A stretch of DNA of 64,000 bases. Origin: Neovahlkampfia damariscottae. Lineage: Eukaryota. Under the pieces are notes generated by a model, which saw only the letters and a list, made by a program, of their open reading frames with translations, was not told the DNA's origin and ran no database searches. The stretch spans positions 1 through 64,000 of the forward strand of contig JABLTG010000026.1 in NCBI GenBank assembly GCA_016618085.1, given 5' to 3'. Both the position numbers and the translations under genes were made by a program. Of this stretch, positions 38,795-53,400 are shown one piece after another; within the stretch, counting starts at the first letter, position 1, and every line of letters starts with the position of its first letter.

Positions 38795-41410
38795 ATGTCA
38801 ACCGAAGAAAACCAAAACAATCAAGAAATAATACAAAAAGAAACTTGTAAAAATTCAAAAAAAAAAAAAATTTAATTTTTTTCAGCATCGGGAATCAAAA
38901 TAAAATTCAAGTTTTCAAAGCCAAAAGAAGATGAAGATGTACCAGTTGTTCAAAAAATGGAAACACCCAAACCAAAAAAGAAAAGAAAAAATGAAGAAAA
39001 TAAACTTGGTAGTTCGTCAAAAAAAAGAAAAATTGATAGTATTGATGAAAATGAAGAAAGCAAAGAAAATAATATCTTATCAGAAATACCATTAATTGTT
39101 GATACTTTGTACAAGTAAGAAGTTTCATATTTAATTTCGTTATTTTTTTTAGAGAAGACAAAACTCAAATATTTTATAATCCTGTAACTGATGATATTGT
39201 ACCTGGTTATTCAGATGTCATCAAAAAACCAATGGATTTATCAAAAATTAAATCAAAAAAATATAAAAAAATCGAAAACTTTTTTGAAGATGTTGAATTA
39301 ATGTTGAATAATGCAATGATATTTAATGAATCAAAATCAATATTTCATTTAGAAGCAAAAAGAATTTTCAAATTATTTCAAAAAATAAAAAAAAGAATTG
39401 AACAAGAAAATATAAAAAAAGAAATAAATGAAATGGTGAATATTGTTGAAAAAGAAGAAAAAAAAAGTAAAAGAACACCAAAGAAAACAAAAATTGAACA
39501 TGATTTATCTGGAATACAAATTGAATTTTTAAAATTGATTGATAAATTAATAACGTATTTGAAATATATTCTGACTCTTTTAGAAAAGATAAATCAAAAA
39601 TATTTCATGAGCCAATTTCTAATGATTTTATTGAATATCATAAAATGATTAAAAAACCAATGGATTTTTCAACATTAAAACAATTAATTAAAGATAATAA
39701 TATTCAACATTTGAATGAATTTGAAGAGAATTTAAATTTAATTTGGTCAAATTGTTTTGAATTTAATGAAAAAGAATCAATATTTTATAAAGAATCAGAG
39801 AAATTACAAAAAATATCACAAGAATTATTAAAGAAATTAGAATTGAAATATGAATCATCAACACCATTATCAACACCATTATCAAAAGTATCAAAAACAC
39901 CATTATCAAAAAAGAAACAAGTTGTAAAAGGTAAAAATCAAAAAATATATTTATTCATTCATTAGAATCATTTCCAGTTTTAGAAAATGAATTATTAAAA
40001 GAAATTATGAAATTATTTGTTGAGAAATTATCAAAAGAAGATACACTCCAAATATTTATTTCACCTGTACCAAAAGATGTTCCTGGATATTATGAAATGA
40101 TAAAAGTACCAATGGATTTTACAACAATGAAAAATAAAATTGAATCAAATGAATATAAAAATTGGGATGAATTTGAAGTTTGAATTCTTATTTTAAACCT
40201 CTCTTTTTAAAAAGGATGATTTTGAATTGTGTTTTAATAATGCAAAAGTGTTTAATGCAAAACATTCAATATATTTTCAAGAAGCAAATAAATTACAAAG
40301 ATATTTACAAAGATTAAGAAAGAAATGTTTAAATATGTATTCAACAACTATTGAAGAAAATAATTTTTATGAAAAATTTAAAGAATCAATTCAAAATACA
40401 AATACTGTTTCAACACCAACTCATTCCGAATTAAAAAAGAAATTAACTTTATCTTCAATTATTAAACAATTAATGAATGATATTTTAAAGTAAGAAGTAT
40501 TTTTATAAAAATATCTTATCATCTTAGAATTGATAAAAAAAAATTATTTTTATATCCTGTGAATACTCATGAAGTAACAGATTATTTAGATGTTGTAAAA
40601 GAACCAATGGATTTTTCAACAATGAAAACTAAAAAATATAATGATTTAAAAGAATTTAAAAAAGATTTTCTTTTAGTTTGTGGAAATTCAAAATTATATA
40701 ATGAACCATTCACTATTTATTATAAAGAAGCAGAAAGAATACAAGAAATTGGTTTAGAATATATTAAAGAAGCAGAAAAGATTGAAATATTACCTGAACC
40801 AGAAGAAGATGATGATGATAATGATGATGATGATTTAATGGATATTGAAGATGAAAATGAAGATGAAAGAAAATATAAAAATAAATCAAGAAGAGGAAGT
40901 AATAATGCTGGAAATGGTAGTAGTTCTGATATTAGTCAAAGATTATCATTTGGTATTCATTCAAAAAAAAAGATGACAAATTATTCAAAATTTCAAATAT
41001 CAAAAATACCTTCTATTGTTAAAAACTTTTCTGAAAGTATAAAAGAATTATCAAAAAATGAATTTTTAAAAATGGAGAATTGTAAAATTGATGAATTATA
41101 TTTACAATTAAATGATCAACCACCAAAAAATATATCTGATACAAATGAACAAAAATATGTTACTTCTCTTTCAAATTTTATTGAATCTATTGATTTACAA
41201 GAAAAAGAATCAAAAAATAATGAAAATAGTTTATCTTCAAATATTTTAAAAAAATATGGATTAACCAATGGTAAAGATATTTCAAATCAATTTGATCAAA
41301 TATCAAAATTTTTATTTTTGGAAATAAAAAATAATGAAATTTTAAAAGATATTGAAAAAGTTGATGGTGATTTTGATTTGAATTCAGAAATTAAAAAATA
41401 TTTAGAATAA
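38795..41410 (+). CDS. Protein with four bromodomains
   Basis: Four D...IF..P....Y...IK.PMD(L/F)...N..FN...Y(H)..A units separated by tiny introns. Confidence 0.9.
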
Positions 41411-41433
41411 AACTTATTTGTAAAAAAGAGTGT

Positions 41434-42771
41434 TTATTCAAGTTGTTCAAATTGATTGGTTGATAATTTTGTTTTAAGTAATATTACACCAATTATAACT
41501 GATGTACCAGCAATTGAACCAATTAATAATAAAAATAATGTCATTACAACACCTGTAATAAATAAATCTTGAATTGGACTACAATTAATTGGTGCACTAT
41601 GAGACATTGAATATGAAATTGAATCAAATCCTTTGGTTGAACAACATAAATATTTTTTTAAAATAAATCCACAATGTTGTGACATACAAGTTGAACTTGC
41701 TGGAAAAACATCAACAAACCAAGATGTAAAATATAATCCTGAATCATATGGACAATTATATTTTTCCCAACAATCTCTCCATTCCATTGCAATAGTTGGA
41801 TAATTACAAGTATTTCTACCATTACTTGTTTTTTTACATGTTGGTGGATTTTGTCTATTTTCATTACAAATACATTGTTCTCCATTCAATGAATCACAAT
41901 CTTTTGTTGCTCCTCTACATGTTTCACGAAATCTTGGTTGATGACATCTTGTTTGTGGTTCATTAATTGATCTACAATTTAAAATACCAGAACATTCATG
42001 ATCATATTTACAAACATCAAATTCACTTAAATATCCAATTTTTCTACATGCTTTTTTTGAACCAGGAATTGATAAACATCTTGTTCCACCTTTTTTTTTA
42101 AATATTCATATGTTTTATTTACCTGGACATATTACATTATAATTTTCACCCGCAGCAATATTTTGTTTTTCAACATAATCTTCACATTCTTCTCCAATTC
42201 TAATTTGAAGTTTACATTTTTTTTCTTTTAAAGAACAATATAAACCTTTTCCACACTGAACATTTACATTTGGGTCACAAACTTCATCTTCTTTTAAACC
42301 TACACATACTCCACCTTCACATCTATTTCCGAAGCACTAAAAATTAATTTAAATAAAGAAAGTACTTGTTCATTAGTTGCACATCTATATCCATTATATC
42401 TTTTTCTTGTACATACACCATCAACACCTTTAAATAATTACTACAATATTTAAAATATACATTGAACATTTTCAGAATTCCGACCTGATAAATAACATCC
42501 AGAATTTGATGTACAAGCGGATCCTACCCATCCAGGTACGCATTTTCCTTTGAATTTTAAAATTGAATTTAAAAAAACTCTACCACCAATACAACTTAAA
42601 AATTGTTTGCATCTCTGTGTTGAATTTCTTCCTAAAAAAAAAAGTAAAAAGAAACTCTCTTTTACTATTCGCACAAGGTTCACCAAGGTTACCAAATGTA
42701 AATGGAGAACATCCTTGTTGACAGTAAACTGAAGCAATAAAAATTGCAACTAAAAAAAATGAGAACTTCAT
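41434..42771 (-). CDS. Cys-rich type I membrane/surface protein
   Basis: Signal peptide MKFSFFLVAIFIASVYC, repeated G..C....C...L.C....C modules, C-terminal TM helix; five introns. Confidence 0.8.
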
Positions 42772-42923
42772 TGGTCGAATTCATTGGAAGTTTCCATTGA
42801 ATAAAAATAATTTTGAAGTTTTCAATTGTCATTTCGAGGTTTCAAAATTAAAAATTTTCCTCTTAGTTTTTATAAATTAAATTTGTCCAATTAGATTTTT
42901 GTTTTCATTCTTTTTTTTGGAGA

Positions 42924-45770
42924 ATGAGCAACGGAATGGAAGAAGATTTTGATTTGAGTGGTTTAATAGACGACACTGATGATATAAATTTTGCAGAATT
43001 CGATCTAGATTTTGAAATACCACCACAGGAAGTTACTCAACAAGAACCAACCATTAGTAGTAGTGGTGGTAGTAATAATACTATACCAAATGTTCAAATG
43101 AGTCAAGTTGTTGGACAAAAAAGAACAATTGAACAAATTGATATGCCAAGTAATAATTTAAAAATTGGTAATTTAGTTGATGTTACAACAAAACAAAATA
43201 AACAATGGCCAAAGTTATTAGGAGAAATACCAATACAATTTGTAAAAATGAATACTGTACAAATGAATAAGGAGAATGAAGATGAAGATATAAAGTATAA
43301 ATTATATATACAATCACATGGTAAATAATATTTAATTAAAAAAATGAAGGATATTCAAATTCTGATCCAGATACAATTTTAGTTTATGATAAAAAAATAT
43401 TAATTGGATATTTTAAATTTGATATAATATATCCATTAGTACAATCAAAATTAATATCACTTTATTTATCAAAATCACCAAATGAATCTAATTGTTTTAT
43501 TGATATTTATATTCCAAAAAGTAAAGTCAAAAAGAGAATTAAAATCTATTTTTAGCTAGTTTTATTGATCCAAATTTAAATGAAGAATCAAATGAAAATG
43601 AATTAAAACATATCAAAACAGGATTTAAAAAATTATTTGATTTATTAGAAAAAGAAAAAGAAAGTAAAATGAGAAAACAAGAAGAAGAAGATGATGAATT
43701 TGATGATGAAGAATTAGATGATGATGATTTAGATGATTATATTACAATATCAGAAGAACAAAAAGAGAATATGGAAAGAGATGCACAATTAAATGAATTA
43801 TATGAAGCAGTAACACAAAGTGTATCTGAAGATTCAACAGAAGAAAATCAAATTGAATCACCAAAAGATTTAAAATGTGAATTAAGAGAATATCAAAAAA
43901 CAGCATTAAGATGGATGTTAAATAGAGAAATAAAAGGAAAAGATAGTCAACAACAAAAATTACATCCTTTATATTTAGAAAAAAAATTTAAAGATGGTAC
44001 AATATTTTATATGAATCCATTTGCTGGTACATTAACATTAACATTTATACCTGCACCACCTGATCCAAAAGGTGGTATTTTAGCAGATGAAATGGGTCTT
44101 GGAAAAACTGTATTTCTTTCTTTTTTCTAATCTATTTTTAGGTTGAAATGTTATCTTTATTTTTATCAAATAAATCAAAAATGTCAATATCAAAATATAA
44201 TCAAGAAACTTGTAAATATGATACAGGTTCAACTTTAGTAGTTTGTCCATTAACTCTTGTTGATCAATGGAAAGCAGAAGTTGAAAAATATACACCATAT
44301 TCAGCATATATTTATCAAGGATCAAGAAGACATAAAGAACCATCAAAATTAATAAATTATGATGTTATAATTACAACATATAATACATTATCATATGAAT
44401 ATAATCAATTATGTGGTACTGCAAAAAAGAAAGGAAAAGATGATACATATCCACTTTATCAATTATCATTTTGGAGAATAGTTTTAGATGAAGCGTAAGA
44501 ATGTATAAATCTATATATTTAATTACTCTTTAGACATAATATTAAAAATAGAAAATCATTACAATCAAGAGCATGTTGTGCAATTGAAGCACCTTGTAGA
44601 TGGGCAGTGACAGGTACACCAATTCATAATCATATTGATGATTTATTTTCTTTATTTCAATTTATTAAAGTTCATCCACATGGTGATTGGAGATATTGGT
44701 CAAAATATATTGGTAAACCATTTGAAAAAAAGAATAAGGATTCAATTCATATTCTTCAATCTGTTATGTCTGAAGTTTTAATTAGAAGAACAAAAAATAA
44801 AAAAGTTAATGGTGAAAAGATTATAAAATTACCTGATAAAAAAATTAATATTGTTGAATTAGAATTTAGTAAAGAAGAAAGATTATTATATGATTTATTA
44901 TATGAATTTAGTAAAGGAAAATTTGAAGAATTTTTAAAAAATGGTACTGTTTTAAAGAATTATGCAAATATTTTAGAAATGTTATTATATTTAAGACAAA
45001 TTTGTGATCATCCTGCATTATTATTATATTCATTTTATAATAAACCAAATAAGGATACTCTAAGATCATTTTTACTTAGTTTTACACAATATCCTCAATA
45101 TAAAAAAATATTACCTTCAATTGATCAAGTTTTACAAAATGAAAATGTTCATGTTGAAAATTTTATTGAAAAAATGTGGGTTGGTTCTGCAAAAACAAAT
45201 GCATTAGTTGAAAGTTTAACAAAAGTTCAAACAACAACAAAAAGTGTCATTTTTTCACAATGGACTTCAATGTTAGATTTAGTTGAAATTGCATTAGATA
45301 AAGGAAATATTCATTTTGTTAGATTAGATGGTAAAATGAATAGAAAAGATAGAGATAATGCAATTCAAGTTTTTAAAAATGATGATAAAATTAGATGTTG
45401 TTTATTTTCATTAAAAGCAGGTGGTGTTGGATTAAATTTAGTTTGGGCAACTCATGTTTATCTTTTAGATCCATGGTGGAATCCTTCAGTTGAAGATCAA
45501 GCTATTAATAGAGTTCATAGAATTGGTCAAGAAAGAGATGTTGTTGTTAATAGATTTGTTATTAAAAATACAATTGAAAATAGAATTATGAATTTACAAA
45601 GAAATAAAACTCAATTAGCACAAGGATTAGGAATGTCTGATGGTGGAATTGAAGATATGTCATTTGGAATGTCTAAAAAAGATGCTCAACAGGTTAGATT
45701 AGAAGATTTAAAACAAATGTTTGATGATGATAATCATTCAGATGATGAATATGAAGATTTTGATGAATAA
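42924..45770 (+). CDS. SNF2-family helicase, RAD5/RAD16/TTF2-like; no RING finger visible
   Basis: GGILADEMGLGKT, RIVLDEAH, TGTPIHN, LRQICDHP, FSQWTSMLD, SLKAGGVGLNL, QAINRVHRIGQ. Confidence 0.93.
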
Positions 45771-45777
45771 AAGATAT

Positions 45778-47697
45778 CTACTCTTTATCTATTTCTAAAA
45801 ATATTATTAATTCACTCAAAAAATCTTTGGAAAATTGAATCAAATATTCTGTTTTTCCTTCTTTTTCAATTTCTTTCATTAAATTATGATCCATAAAATT
45901 TTTCATCATTCTATCAATTTCTTCTTTTTCGATTAAAATTTCATCATTCTCTTCATAAAATTGTTTTAAATTTTCAATAGAAACTAAAAAAAAATATAAG
46001 ATTTTTTGAAATACAAATGAACCTGATGTCTTTGAATTCTTTAAAATTAAATAAAATAATTTCTTTTCTTTTGGAGGAAGAGAAAGTAAAATTTGTTTGA
46101 TTCCTTTCAAGTCCATGGATGACATATTTGAATTTGAAGATAAATAAGTTGAATTTGAAATCTCAAATAAATAATTTGAATAATTTGTAATTTTATATTT
46201 TAAAATATTTAATTTACTTTCTAAAATTGAATTAAACACTATAAAATATTAATATGGAAATACTAATTACTTAATGAAGAATCAATAAAATCAATTGAAA
46301 ATATTAAATGTATAAATGATAATGAATAAAGATCAATAAAATAGTCAATTGAATTTGATAATTGATCAATATTATGAATTAAAATGAATATATTTTCTTC
46401 TTCTTGTTCTTCTTGTTCTCTCAATTTATCTAATATTTCAGAAATTGATAAATTTGTGTAATGATTAAATTTAATTTTATAAATAGTTTGAAATATATCT
46501 TTAAATGATATTATATCAAAACCACTTATAATAATTATTCCTTTTGTTTCTTTACTTTTATAATTTAATAATTTCTTTACACACTTACAATTGTATTGTA
46601 TTTAAAATGAATTCATTTAAAATATTAATCTTTGATCCAATACCATAAAATAATAATGAAAAGTTACATCTAATTTTAAACAATATACAAAGAATATTAC
46701 TGTAAATAAAAATACCATTCATTAAATTTTGATTTATATTTTTCAATCCATTCATTATTTTTATCATTTGAATAATATATTTCTGTTAATTCAATCATTT
46801 TCTTTATTTTAAAATACAAAATTATTTCTTACTTCTTTTGAATATTCTTCAATTTGATTTAAAATATCTAATTTTTTATGAATCACTTTCTTTCTTTTTG
46901 TTTCATAAATTTGATTTAATATTTCAATTTCTTCAATTTCTTCATGAATCTCTTTTTTAAATTTAAATGATTTCTTTTTCATTTTTATTAAAATCTTTTC
47001 AACATTCATTGCTTGAAGTTTATCATTTCCAATTAAATAAATTCCAATATCTTCAAGAAATAATTTCTTTGTTCTAATTCTATTTATTGTTGAAATATCA
47101 CTTGGTTTATTTATTTTCTTTCTTTCTTTTATTTTTGTAGTTATCTTTTTTTCTTTTTCTTCAAAATACTCTTCTTCTTCTTCTTCCATTTCTTCTTCTT
47201 CTTCAATTTCCATTTTATCAACCACTTTTGTTTTATTATTTCTTCTAATCCTAATTGGTGTTATACTACTATTTAATTTCTTCTCTTTTGGTTTGATTTG
47301 GTTTTCTTTGTTCAATTCTAATTTAATTTCATCATTTGACAATTCTAATTTACATGTTTTATAATGATTTCCCGATACACTTTCATTACAGTAATCACAT
47401 ATATGATTATATTCTGTGCATATTTCTTTGAGTTGTTTTTCTTTTAACTTTATTGTATATTTTGTTTCATCAACTTTTTCAAAATAATCTTTGTTTCGAT
47501 TGAGTTTTAAAGCAACTGATTGCAATGGATTTTTACTTTTTGTATGAAAATATTCTTTCCTTTTTCCGTAAACATAAATAAACTCCATTGACAACCTTTT
47601 AATTAATATATATTTTATCAAACCCTTTTTCCTTTTTAATTAATGAGTAATTTTCAAGAAAAACTAAAAGAATTGCTTGCTCTTGAGTGAGAACCAT
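45778..47697 (-). CDS. ORC2: Origin recognition complex subunit 2 with an N-terminal winged-helix (HARE-HTH-like) and a CxxC-H-C module
   Basis: WYFYLQCNFSLLFYGIGSK, LIHNID, IHLIFSID, GIKQILLSL, FMDHNL; exons join in frame from ATG 47697. Confidence 0.8.
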
Positions 47698-47779
47698 GAT
47701 GAGAGACTAATTCTTTAACCAATAAAATCTCCAACAATTTCATTGGTTGTTCTCTTCAAATAAAAAACAACTTAAAACA

Positions 47780-48343
47780 ATGGACAATCCAAATCCAGAA
47801 GTCTATGAAGCAAATTTAATTGAAAGAAAAGAAACTAACGAATACAATGAGAGTATAAGAGATGAATTTGATTCATTAGAGGTTTATGGTTTGTTGCTTT
47901 CAAATTTTATAATAATTAATTTTTTTAGAATTAATTAGACACATTTATGATCCAGAACATCCACGTAAGATTCTTTCATTTCATATTTAAATGTTTAAAG
48001 TAACTTTAGAGCAATTAAAAGTTATTGATCTAAACAGTGTAGAAGTTGACGACGAAAATAATTACATTTTGATTAAATTTACACCAACTGTAACAGGGTG
48101 CTCCTTGGCTACACTAATAGGTATATATTCATGTGATTAAATGTTTTTTTCATAGGATTATGTATTAGAGTCAAATTAATAAGAAGTTTACCAAAACGCT
48201 TCAAAGTTGATATTTTGATATCTAAAGGATCGCATTCCACAGAAGATCAAGTGAATAAGCAATTAAATGATAAAGAAAGAGTAGCTGCGGCTTTAGAAAA
48301 TACTAAATTACTTTCTGTTGTAGACAAGTGCATTTCAATTTAA
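47780..48343 (+). CDS. CIAO2B: Cytosolic Fe-S assembly factor MIP18/FAM96B
   Basis: [50 protein letters not shown]; three introns. Confidence 0.95.
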
Positions 48344-48353
48344 AGAAGATAAT

Positions 48354-49342
48354 TTAATATTGATTTATTTTCTTTTTCAAAATAATATTTTCAATATCTC
48401 TTGGTTTATAAATTATTTCTTCATCATCATCATCATCTTGTTGTAATTTTTCATTGGATGGTATTTTTAAATCATAGTTTAAATATAATTGATTTCTAAT
48501 TTCATTTAAACTTATGAATTTATCATCTCTTTTTATTTTAATTACATTCCAAAATGATTCATTTGTATGATACATTTTCTTTAAAAGTGATTTTAAATTT
48601 CTAAAACGTTTTGATTCGTTGTATATTAATTTTCCGTCTTGATTTAATTTAATTTTTGATTTTATTTCATCTTTAAAATATAATTTTTCATTCTTTTTTA
48701 ATAATTGTTTTTCAATTAAAAGTTGAAGTGGTATTGAATTTGGTTTATTTTTTAAAATAAAATATAATGATATTTTTGATTGTTTTTTAAATTCTTCATC
48801 TTCTAATTTTAAAAATCTTCTTTCTATTTGTTTAATAGTTTCATTTGAAAACAATTCAATTTTATTTTTTTTATCATTTTTCGAACCAAACTCAAACCCA
48901 GATCCAAGTACAGAACTAAATTCAAACCCTTCAAATCCAATAGTAGTATCATTCAATAAGGGAGACATTTTTAATTTTTCATTTTCAATTCCATTTATAT
49001 AATTATTACAATATTCATCAATTTGTTTTTTTATTTCCATTTCAACTTCTTTTTTAATATCTTCACAAAGATCATTAAAATATTTAGAGTGATAAAATTC
49101 ATTTTTTAATGCTCCAAATTTTTCTTTTTTATTTTTATTTGACTTTAATATTTTTGAATTTTTTACATTTTCATTAACATTTTTGATTTTATTTGATACC
49201 TAATATTCTCTTTTTATATTTTTTTTTATCTTACTTTATTTGGTACTTTTCTTTTTGCTGTTTCTGTCCAATAATCAATATATCCTTCATTTTCAAATAT
49301 TTTTATCATTTTTGATAAATCAGTAGGAGATGTTGAATTCAT
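48354..49342 (-). CDS. RAMA-like domain protein
   Basis: IPLQLLIEKQLLK..EKLYF...KLNQDGKLIY...F.....ESFWNVI...SLNEIR resembles the RAMA domain pattern as recalled. Confidence 0.55.
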
Positions 49343-49375
49343 CTGAAAACAACGATTTTTATTGGTTTACAATTT

Positions 49376-50282
49376 TTATTGGTTTATTTTTATTTGATTA
49401 TAATCATCAAGATCTGACTTCATTTCATCAAATTTTTGTTTAATTCGATTTGAAATTAAGTCATATGCTTCATTTGTTTCAATTTCACCTTTTCTATGTT
49501 TCTCTAAAATATCTGAAAATTTAATTTCATTTCCCAATAAAATTCTCAAATTTTTATTGGTTTTTGGAAGATATGTTCCTTTTGGCAAAACTATCAAAAA
49601 ATTTAGATGTATTATATTTCAAACTCTTTTCCATTCCTTCATGATAAATTGGAATTACAATTGGATCAGTCTCTAAAATTAATTTTGAAGTTCCTTTTTT
49701 TATTTTATTCATTATCCCATTTTGACTGATTTTTCCTTCAGGGAAATAATGAATCCATTCACCTTGATTTAGTTTATCTATCACCAAGTTCATTCCTTTT
49801 TGTTCAATTCCACCACCTCTCTTAACTGGTAATGCTTTCATTAATTTAAAAAATTCAGATGTAAATACATTCTTAAAACACATATCTTCTGCACAAATAG
49901 CATATCTTAATTGATCTGTATGGAATGCCCATTTAGAATCAATGGCAACTGACATCATTGAAGGTTCATCTAAAGTTGAATTATGATTTGATATGGTTAA
50001 CAATCCTCTTTTTTCATTTTTTTCATAATGTTGATTCACAATATCATGAAACATTCTTTCTCCAATAAATTTTGAATTATTTAATACTGTTAAATGAAAT
50101 TTTGATGTCATTACAAAACTTGATATAAGTATGGTACTTAAACCTCGTCGGAAAAGACCAAATTTTTCATGATGTTTTGAATCAAAAATATCATATTTCT
50201 TTTTAATTTCTGTAATTGAATTATTATCTTCTTTCTTATCATTCTTTTTAGTTCCATTCCATGTTGAATCTTTTTTGCTCAT
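49376..50282 (-). CDS. TAZ: Tafazzin (cardiolipin transacylase)
   Basis: LLTISNHNSTLDEP, AEDMCFKN, PVKRGGGIEQKGM, GEWIHYFPEGKI. Confidence 0.93.
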
Positions 50283-50407
50283 GAACGTAATGTGGTTGGT
50301 TACAGAACAAACCAATCAAATTCATTTTTAATTTAATTAGATCTTCTCATTCAAAGGGATTTCATTTCAAGTAATATTCTATACATTGGAACATTACAAA
50401 TTGGTTT

Positions 50408-53400
50408 TTATTCTAAATTATTTCCAATTTTTGTCCCTTTGGTTTTTATATAATTTCTTAATTCCATTGCAATTTGAGATTCTTGAAATCTTGAAAATGT
50501 ATCAACCAAAATCATTGAAGAAACACTCTGAGCCATTTCATCAAAAATATCAATTCTAATTTCACCTGATTGTTTTGCATTTTTTATTTGTTTTGCTAAA
50601 TTTCTTTTTAATCTTCCACCAACATTAATTTCAAGTTCAGATGTTTCTTCTAAATAAGATAAACAAATTTCTTCTGCTTTTAAAAATCTATCTTGTGATG
50701 TTTTTAATTGTGAAAATATTTCAACATCTTCAAAAAATAAAAGTGCTTCAATTGATAATTCTTGTCTTAGAAATGCTAAAAAATTAAGAGAAGAGAGAAT
50801 AAAATTACCTTTAAAATATTGTCTATATTCTGAATTTGATATAATATACTTTTGTATTTCACTCATATTTATAAATCTATTTGACACTTTTTTTGATCCC
50901 AAACTCTTAAATCTTTTTAATTTTTGAATTTGATATAGAATAGATTCAATATCAGGTCTTGATTTTGGATTTGAATCAATCATTTGAATTATCAAAATTG
51001 ATATTTTTGGATTCAAATATTTTGAATTTATTTTTGATAATTCAACTTTTAAATGTTGAACAAATTCATTTTTTGGAACTAAATTTAAAATATTTCCAAT
51101 TGATTTTCTTCTTTCATTATTTTTTGATACAATTTCTGATTGGTTATAAATCTCTTGAATTTCTTCTTTTGATTTTAATGTAACCAATCGAAACAAAATT
51201 AAACCTATTGAATAAATATCACTCATTTTTGAAATATTTTCATTTCCTTCTGGTAAATTAAAATATGATGGAAATATTGATTCATCTTCATAATAAAAAC
51301 CAGGATCTAAATAAATACTTTCAAATAAAGATGAAATAAAAATATTTCTTTCTGTTAATTCACCAACTTTAAATATTTTGGATTGTTGTTGATGTAAATG
51401 ATTTAAACCAGAGAATATTTGTTTAATGAATTGTATTAATGTCTGTAAATTAAAAAAAAAAAAATGATATTTTTACTGATTCATCTAAATGTTGTTCTAA
51501 TTTATCAACAAAATCATTAAATGATTCATATGTCAAATTTGTAATAGTATAGAGAATATTACTTGATTTTCTTTCTTCTGGAAATAATTCAATTAATCTT
51601 AATACATTTTCATGTGGTATAAAATTTAAATACTTAATTTTAATTGGATAAAAATATAATTTACTTTTCTAGTTTTTTTTTGAAGAAATTCTTTGTTTTC
51701 AAATATTTCTTTTTTTCCTTTAAAAGATTCCATAGTTATTAAATTCTTTACAGTATAAATTTCATTTTGAGTAATTTGAAATTTCTTTTCAATTTTTTGA
51801 ATTTCATAAATTTCTTTAAAATGATTTTTATTTTTTCTTAAATGAGATTCAGAATAATTCTTCCATGATTTTGAATTTATAAATCTTGAATAATATTCAA
51901 ATGATAAAATATGATAAATAAAAGAATAGAGTATATCATTCCAACCTTTAATAGTTTTATCTTTTAATAATATTTTATCTCTTATATTTGGATCATGTAT
52001 TAAATTCTTATTTGAATTTAGTTTACAATAATTTAATAATTTTAATTTAATTTCTTTTGATTTTTCAATTTTATATTCTTTTAATAATTCCCAACATTCA
52101 ATATAATTAGATCCAAAACATTCATAAACAAAAGTTGAAAATATATTAAATGAATCTTTGTCTAAAATTAATTCATCAAAACAAGTTGGAAATGTATTTT
52201 TTTTAATTTCTTTTTTTTCTTTTATCATTTTAAATTCATTATTTAAATTATTTAAAATACAATATACTTTTTGATATGCAAAATTTAAGGATTTACTTGG
52301 ATTTTGTTGAAATAATAATTTAATTTTCTTTAAATCTCTAAAATTAAATGAAATTGAATTCTTTCCTTTTTCATTTATAAATTTATCAAATAATAAATTA
52401 GCAATCAAATTCTTTTCATAAATACTTTCTTCTTTTAAAAATTGATGATATAATTCATAAAATAAAAATTCATCATATCCATCAAATTCAATACAATACT
52501 TTTCAAATTTATTTTTTGAATTAACATCTTCAAATACATTTAATATTTTTAATTGATTTTCTTCTTCATTTTTTGATGATAATGATTTAATGAAATCTCT
52601 TTGTGTTTCATTTTTTAAATCTTTTGGTGATATCATAAATGATCCACTTTTTCTCTCATTATTCTTTGAAATATTCAAGAATGAACTATTTCTATTTTTA
52701 GATATATCACCAATATGTCTATCTGTTTTATTCCATTCTTGATCATTTAGAGGAATAGGTGTATCTAAAAATGATACATTTCTTTGTAAGAATGATGAAT
52801 TTCTTGTTACTAATGTTGATTTCATTGTTTTTATCTCATCTAATCTTTTACTACTACGAATACCAATACTACTATTACTACTACTATTACTATTACTTCC
52901 AATACTTGTGATACTATCACTTCTATCACTACTATCAAAACTTACATGATCAAAACTTCCCACATTATTTTTATTATTCTTAGTTATAATATTTTGTTCA
53001 TTCTTTTTCAAATTATTCATTATTTTTGAAATTGTTCTTTTTCTTTGTTTTTTTTCAATTGATTTAAGAGATGAACTACTTTTCGTGAATGATTTATTAT
53101 ACTTTTTCAAATTTTGATAAATATCTTTTGAATCATTCCATTTATTCCTAACATAATAATTTGAATAATTTGAACCATGAATATTTGATCTTTGAGCTGT
53201 AAAATCTTGTAATTCAATTACATTTGCTATTTTATTTAAAAATATAGATTTCTTTTTTGTCATTGAATTATCTAATGATTCATTTTTTGATTGATGTAAT
53301 ATAATTGTTTCTTTTCTATTTTCATTCATTGGTATAACTTCTTCTTTTATAAATTCATCTTCAAATGATTTTTTAAAAATATCTAAAAATAAATTTCTAG

